Positions 58,980-64,000 of a stretch of DNA of 64,000 nucleotides are shown here, piece by piece. The notes below the pieces were generated by a model. The model had not been told where the DNA came from, searched no databases, and saw nothing but the letters and a program-made list of their open reading frames with translations. The DNA lies in NCBI GenBank assembly GCA_964633325.1, contig CAZWFS010000001.1, positions 3,063 to 67,062 on the forward strand, given 5' to 3'. The stretch's first letter is position 1; the number at the start of each line of letters is the position of its first letter. The position numbers and the translations under genes were made by a program. The stretch comes from an uncultured Candidatus Saccharibacteria bacterium (GTDB lineage: Bacteria; Patescibacteriota; Saccharimonadia; Saccharimonadales; CAZWFS01).

Positions 58980-59275
58980 TACGATACACCCCTTAGTACC
59001 AAGCTTACGATACTGAAAGCCAGGACAGAAATCGCCAGGCCTACGGCCGCGTAGATTATGGAGTTACGGGCTTTGGCTGTTTGGCTTGAATCGCCCAAGG
59101 CAACGGAGAATTTAATCCCTTGGATAATAAGGATGATAAGTGTACCTGCCCCAATAAGCCCGAACACTATCTGCAGGATGCCCCGAAGGCTAGCATCGGT
59201 AAAATCCGGCTGCGGAAGTTTTACATCTTGACGCGGTACATTCACCTGGGCAAGATAAGATAAAAGCTTCGTCAT
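58979..59275 (-). CDS. VirB2/TrbC-like pilin-family protein, paralog D (short)
   Basis: LIILIIQGIKFSVALGDSSQ core; no long N-terminal region. Confidence 0.45.
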   Translation of the reverse strand: MTKLLSYLAQVNVPRQDVKLPQPDFTDASLRGILQIVFGLIGAGTLIILIIQGIKFSVALGDSSQTAKARNSIIYAAVGLAISVLAFSIVSLVLRGVS

Positions 59276-59661
59276 ATAAGGCTCCCCGCTACAAGGTTGA
59301 CAATTACGGTGGCTGAAGCAGCTATGGCTAGGCCAATCAGGGCATTGATTATAGTGTTCAGAGCCTTCTTTGCGTTATCAGGTTCACCTTGGCTTAGGAT
59401 GTATTTGATGCCGCCAAATATGACGAACGCAACAGCTACCATACCCCCAAGTCGCAATAATATTTCCGCTAGTGCTAGCAGAATTTTGCCTATATCGTCC
59501 GGAAAATTAATAATAGGCGAGCATTTGCCAGCTATGGATTCTTCCCCCAAATACTTATACCAGGTAGGAAACATTTTGAAGGCCTTCGGATCACCGCAAG
59601 CCGCAAACTGTGTGAGTATATCCCAGCCAACCATTAGAATATGCCCCCTGGCACCAACCAT
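59272..59661 (-). CDS. VirB2/TrbC-like pilin-family protein, paralog E
   Basis: Cys pair and FVIFGGIKYILSQGEPDNAKK core. Confidence 0.45.
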   Translation of the reverse strand: MVGARGHILMVGWDILTQFAACGDPKAFKMFPTWYKYLGEESIAGKCSPIINFPDDIGKILLALAEILLRLGGMVAVAFVIFGGIKYILSQGEPDNAKKALNTIINALIGLAIAASATVIVNLVAGSLI

Positions 59662-60215
59662 TGCAGAAAGGCAAAGGTGAAAATGTATGCAATAAGGGCT
59701 ATGACGGCATTGCCAATACGTTTTTGGGCGGCTTGCGCTGTCTGCGGGTTATCTGCCGAAGCCGAGTACTGGATACCACCGATAATGATCATGATGACAA
59801 CAGTAATTCCCACAATCGCCGACAGGGCCCTGATGAAAATTACCAGGTATCTGATAATACCGCAGTTACTTTGGTCTAGACCCACAGAACTGCAGTCATT
59901 TTTAACGTATTTTGGAGTGTCGGTTGTCTTCGTGGGGTTATAGCTATGGCTAGTGTCGGGACAGGTTGTGCCAGGAGCTAGTGTTCCGGGCGGGCCGCCT
60001 GGGCAGCCTGCTGGGATCACTGGGCACACCACACCAGGAGCGCGCGGCCCAGCTGGACCACCGGGGCAGCCGGCTGGGATAGTTTGGGCGCCTACAAACA
60101 ATGCAGAGCTAGAAAAGATAATGAAGCCGGACAGAGCCGCCGTGGCAAGCACGGCGATCCTTATTGGAAATGATTTCTTTTTGTGAGACATATCTGATGC
60201 CGATTTTACAAACAT
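59634..60215 (-). CDS. VirB2/TrbC-like pilin-family protein, paralog F, with a collagen-like Cys/Pro/Gly repeat region
   Basis: Signal peptide, repeats PAGCPGGPAGPRAPGVVCP/PAGCPGGPPGTLAPGTTCP and a conserved core VIMIIIGGIQYSASADNPQ. Confidence 0.5.
   Translation of the reverse strand: MFVKSASDMSHKKKSFPIRIAVLATAALSGFIIFSSSALFVGAQTIPAGCPGGPAGPRAPGVVCPVIPAGCPGGPPGTLAPGTTCPDTSHSYNPTKTTDTPKYVKNDCSSVGLDQSNCGIIRYLVIFIRALSAIVGITVVIMIIIGGIQYSASADNPQTAQAAQKRIGNAVIALIAYIFTFAFLQWLVPGGIF
59990..60090. repeat. tandem direct DNA repeat inside the paralog F coding region
   Basis: ccgggcgggccgcctgggcagcctgctgggatcactgg... is repeated as ccagctggaccaccggggcagccggctgggat...; it encodes the PAGCPGGP peptide repeats. 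Confidence 0.5.
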
Positions 60216-60297
60216 TACCGGTGAAAGTCAAAAACACTACCTAAATCGCTTGTGTATTGAACCGTCTGGTATAATCTAAAAGCAAGAACTATCAAAC

Positions 60298-62712
60298 ATG
60301 AAAACAAAGCATATAATAATTTCCCTGTTCATGACCGTCATTTGCGGTCAGCTTTTACTCCTGCTAGCGCCACTATCGGCATCGACGGCCACCTATCAAG
60401 GAAAGTGGATCGATAGGAGCACCATTGAAATAAATGGCGTAAAATATATTGACAATAAGACCAGTGACAATACTCACCATTTCCAGGAAAACGGCAATGA
60501 CGACAAATCGAAATGTGTCGATGTTATCAAGGAGTTTAACAACGGCGATATTACCAAAGCTACCTCCGCACATTTGGTTAAGTGGGAAAGTTACTCACCC
60601 CGTATACCTGGTTTAGGCTCAGTTGATGCCACCTGTGTAGAGAAAAGCACTGACACGGTAAACATAGATCCCGCCTCGCTTGCGAACGCCAACAAGCCTC
60701 CTGGCGCTAACCCCAGCGGGCAGAATGAGGAGGACACTTGTGAATCCCATGGAGTTATGGCATGGCTCATGTGCCCGGTTATAGAGCTGTTGGACGGCAC
60801 CTTTAATTGGCTCGACACACAAATCCAAGCCTTATTAGAAATTAATCAAGACGCCTACACCAGCCCTAAGCTTCGTGAAGCCTGGGGTGCAATGCGTAAT
60901 ATCGCCTATATCATCTTGGTGCCCATGATGCTTGTCATGGTTATTGGTACGGCGCTCGGTATTGAATTGTTCAGCGCCTATACCGTCAAAAAAGCCATGC
61001 CGCGGATGGTAGCGGCTGTTATATTTATGACTTTGTCGTGGCAAATTTGCACTTTTATCATCGGTTTTTTCAATGTGGTCGGCGCTGGTGCCCTGGGTCT
61101 CATGACCGCCCCTTTTGGTGCGGCGCTGCAAGGCGACGTCACCCTCTCCCGCTTGTTCGAGGTCAGTTATGGGGGCTCGGTGGGTCAGTTTGCGGGCATC
61201 GGTGCTTTCTTACTGTTAATCAATAATATATCGGGTTTGATGGGTATTATAATGAGCTACCTTGGCCTGGCTGTTCTAGTAATGATCATTACCTTTTTGG
61301 TGCTGACCCTCCGCCAGATGTTCGTACTAGCTTTACTGGTGGTATCGCCGCTGGCTATCCTAGCGTGGATATTCCCTGGTAACGACAAGCTTTGGAAGTC
61401 CTGGTGGGGATTGTTCTCTAAGTTACTCATGATGTTCCCGCTCATAATGGTGCTTATTGGTGTTGGCCGGGTATTCGCGTTTATCATTGGGAACACTCCA
61501 GGAGGAACACTCCAAGGCAGTTTATTAAATCCTATCCTAAAAATTGTAGCCTATACGATTCCCTACGCGCTGATACCGCTGACGTTTAAGTTTGCCGGGG
61601 GAGTGTTTGCTACCGTTACCGGCATGGTCAATGACCGTAGCAAGGGCGTATTCGACAGAATGGGCAAGAAGCGCCAACAGAAATACGAACGGACAGGGCG
61701 GCAAGTGCTCCAAAAACGGGCTGACTGGCAGAACCGTTTGCAAACGGCCGCATCGCAGAACCGACCGGGGGCAAGAGGCGCAATGCAAAGTTTTGCCCTC
61801 GGAAAACTATCTAGAGGAGTGGGGGGCTATAATGTGATGGCGGCCGATTCAGCACGCCGCGCGGCTGTGCAGAAAGAGCTCAATGACCAAATCAACACTG
61901 GTCGTGATGATGAAATCCGCGGATTAACGGTAAATAAGGCAGCGGCAACACTGCAAAATGGATTAATGCGCCTCCACACGAATCCTGACGGTACTGAAAC
62001 CCGGCAATATAAAACTCTTGGTGGAGCATGGGTAAGTGAAGCGGCAGTCGATGACGGGTACCGGCGCTGGGGTGATGATAGTTACGCGCAGCAAACTGCC
62101 TTGTCTTACGAGATGCGCAAAGCGGCTACAGACGAAGAAGTCCAGGGCATTGGTGAAAGGTACCAGGATCTTGCGGTTGGCGGATGGGGTATGAGCGGGA
62201 ATATGGCAACTGGGACACTTAAGGGCGCTGGTTTCGAAAATCAGGGCACCCACTTGGAATTCAAACACATGAAACTGGATGGTAGCTTGGACCACGAGGC
62301 TTTTGTCAAAGAAGCGTATGAAAAGAAGGGCAGCTACCCATTGTCTCAAATGAGCGGGCACACTATTAAGCAGCTAAGGAATTCCCACGCTGCGGCAGTA
62401 GCGTCAGGAGATACTGAAACCCAGAGAAGGGTTGCAAGCGTGGCGGAAACATTCATGACCAGATATGGAGCGGGCGATGGCATGATGGATGATGGCAGTG
62501 GGAACATGGTACCTGCGCCGACTGGGGCTAGGGGACCAGCAGCTCCAGCTTATCAGACCAATTCCCATGGTGCCGCTTCTGTAGCCGAGGAAGTACGCAA
62601 ACTGGCCGTAGACACAGGAGTTTACCGAAGAGACGTGCATACAACCCCTGGCACACTTCCTGTAAGTCCGGGGCCAGTAGGTCCTATTCCTCCTATTGAT
62701 CCTCATCACTAG
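60298..62712 (+). CDS. VirB6/TrbL-like polytopic membrane protein with an N-terminal secreted domain and a C-terminal hydrophilic tail
   Basis: Signal peptide and about 130-aa extracellular region, followed by 6-7 TM helices in TrbL/VirB6-like spacing (aa about 200-440) and then a long hydrophilic C-terminus. The gene is divergent from the pilin array. Confidence 0.5.
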   Translation: MKTKHIIISLFMTVICGQLLLLLAPLSASTATYQGKWIDRSTIEINGVKYIDNKTSDNTHHFQENGNDDKSKCVDVIKEFNNGDITKATSAHLVKWESYSPRIPGLGSVDATCVEKSTDTVNIDPASLANANKPPGANPSGQNEEDTCESHGVMAWLMCPVIELLDGTFNWLDTQIQALLEINQDAYTSPKLREAWGAMRNIAYIILVPMMLVMVIGTALGIELFSAYTVKKAMPRMVAAVIFMTLSWQICTFIIGFFNVVGAGALGLMTAPFGAALQGDVTLSRLFEVSYGGSVGQFAGIGAFLLLINNISGLMGIIMSYLGLAVLVMIITFLVLTLRQMFVLALLVVSPLAILAWIFPGNDKLWKSWWGLFSKLLMMFPLIMVLIGVGRVFAFIIGNTPGGTLQGSLLNPILKIVAYTIPYALIPLTFKFAGGVFATVTGMVNDRSKGVFDRMGKKRQQKYERTGRQVLQKRADWQNRLQTAASQNRPGARGAMQSFALGKLSRGVGGYNVMAADSARRAAVQKELNDQINTGRDDEIRGLTVNKAAATLQNGLMRLHTNPDGTETRQYKTLGGAWVSEAAVDDGYRRWGDDSYAQQTALSYEMRKAATDEEVQGIGERYQDLAVGGWGMSGNMATGTLKGAGFENQGTHLEFKHMKLDGSLDHEAFVKEAYEKKGSYPLSQMSGHTIKQLRNSHAAAVASGDTETQRRVASVAETFMTRYGAGDGMMDDGSGNMVPAPTGARGPAAPAYQTNSHGAASVAEEVRKLAVDTGVYRRDVHTTPGTLPVSPGPVGPIPPIDPHH

Positions 62713-62794
62713 TTGCAAGTTGGCACAGGAAATATATAAATAAGCGTTTAGCTATAGTTGCGCGTAAGCATCTTGTACAGGATAATAAAAGTAT

Positions 62795-63958
62795 ATGGCA
62801 ACCTATAAAGTAATCCAGGATATTGAGGCTGAAGACAAGCTGCTAGGACCGCTGTCCTTAAGACAGTTTATCTATGCGGTAATTGTAGTGTTGCAGCTTT
62901 TCCTTGGCTATAAGCTACTTCCTATCAGTCCGTTTTTTATCGTACCAATGTTGCCGACCATTATCCTATTTACGGTGTTAGCGGCTCCGTTTGGAAGGGA
63001 CCAACCTTCTGAGGTATGGCTGCTGGCTAAGATCCGGTTTTTCCTAAAGCCCCGTAACCGTATATGGGATCAGAGCGGACTGAAGCAGCTGGTGACGATC
63101 ACCGTACCTAAACGGCCAGAGAAACACTTCACTAATAACTTGAGCCAGACCGAAGTGCACAGCCGCCTGCGCGCCCTGGCCGACACCATCGATAGCCGAG
63201 GCTGGGCCGTCAAGAACGTCAACGTCAATTTAAACAGCGAGCCTTCATACGCCGCGACCGGCTGGGGAAGTGACCGCCTAGTGGATGCCTCCAGCCTACC
63301 CCAAGAAGTACCCAGCTACGAAGTTACCGCTTCCGACGATATTATGGACGCCAGGAATAATCCAGTCGCACAACAATTGGACCAAATGATGATGGCCTCC
63401 GCCCAAGCTCACCGCAAGCAAGTAGTCCAGCAGATGCAGCAGCCAGCTGCCGCGCCGGCCAGCAATCCCGCGCCGACGCCAACTAATGACTATTGGTTCC
63501 TGAACCAGCCCGACCCCATGCAATTGCCAGATCCCGGCTATGTGACCTTTGGGGCACAGACCATTTCCCCGGGCACGCCATTGCCTGAAACCGCTGCATA
63601 CGGATATGCTGACCCGTCTGAAGAAGCAGCCATTGCCCAGCAGCTGCATACCCAGCAGTCTAATTCTCCGGCTGCGTCTTTTGCCCACATGAAAGTCATT
63701 AACCCATTGGGACAAGCTGAATCGCAGCCGCTATCGTCCGCCAATCCGCAGTCAACGGATGCCGCACAACAAGTAGCAGACGACAACGCAGTTAATGCTG
63801 ATAACAGATTGCAGACCACTAGCGGTACGCCCGCTAACCCTGCTATACTTAATCTGGCTAACAATAACGATCTGAATGTGGCGACGCTGCAGCGCGAAGC
63901 CAATCGTTCTACCAAGAAACATCCTCCGAACGATGAAGTAGTCATTTCGCTGCGATAA
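62795..63958 (+). CDS. PrgI/VirB3-like two-TM protein with a long low-complexity C-terminal extension
   Basis: The N-terminus KLLGPLSLRQFIYAVIVVLQLFLGYKLLP...FIVPMLPTIILF has the PrgI-family topology and position (it would precede a VirB4 ATPase beyond the window). The C-terminus is Q/A/P-rich. Confidence 0.4.
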   Translation: MATYKVIQDIEAEDKLLGPLSLRQFIYAVIVVLQLFLGYKLLPISPFFIVPMLPTIILFTVLAAPFGRDQPSEVWLLAKIRFFLKPRNRIWDQSGLKQLVTITVPKRPEKHFTNNLSQTEVHSRLRALADTIDSRGWAVKNVNVNLNSEPSYAATGWGSDRLVDASSLPQEVPSYEVTASDDIMDARNNPVAQQLDQMMMASAQAHRKQVVQQMQQPAAAPASNPAPTPTNDYWFLNQPDPMQLPDPGYVTFGAQTISPGTPLPETAAYGYADPSEEAAIAQQLHTQQSNSPAASFAHMKVINPLGQAESQPLSSANPQSTDAAQQVADDNAVNADNRLQTTSGTPANPAILNLANNNDLNVATLQREANRSTKKHPPNDEVVISLR

Positions 63959-64000
63959 GTATAAAAACGCGTATGTACCAAAGGGTGGAAATGAAAATCG

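Noticed and set aside
1-64000. A CRISPR array or rRNA genes.
   Set aside because: No regularly spaced short direct repeats and no rRNA-like conserved stretches were seen. The only tandem repeats are coding (pilin paralog F) or the twin-hairpin module.

Overview
The window reads as a roughly 50% GC stretch of a small, likely reduced bacterial genome; the gene content suggests a Saccharibacteria/CPR-like or Gram-positive-like organism, but that is inference. Housekeeping genes include groES-groEL with an upstream CIRCE operator, tsaD, valS, a Mur ligase, archaeal-type proS, a C-terminally short alaS and an N-terminally short thrS. At the left edge a three-gene lipid operon holds a CDP-alcohol phosphatidyltransferase, a PHP phosphoesterase and a CarS/DUF46-like protein. 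Several AT-richer accessory islands are interleaved, and three are bounded by large serine recombinases next to minus-strand tRNA genes (tRNA-Arg, tRNA-Ser GCU, tRNA-Ser UGA). One is a small integrative element holding a RecA-like AAA ATPase and a recombinase-domain-only gene. One is a phage-derived island holding a ParB-N/DNA methyltransferase fusion, terS and terL but no structural genes. One is a probable defence island carrying a 1,100 aa SF2 helicase with an uncharacterised C-terminal half. A further island carries an ABC-F ATPase, an ABC exporter and P-loop kinase-like genes. The right end holds six tandem paralogous VirB2/TrbC-like pilin genes, divergent from a VirB6/TrbL-like polytopic membrane protein and a PrgI/VirB3-like gene, with comFC nearby; together these form a type IV secretion or DNA-uptake-like locus. 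The non-coding observations are listed as individual findings. Coordinates of non-CDS features are hand-derived and may be off by 1-3 nt.
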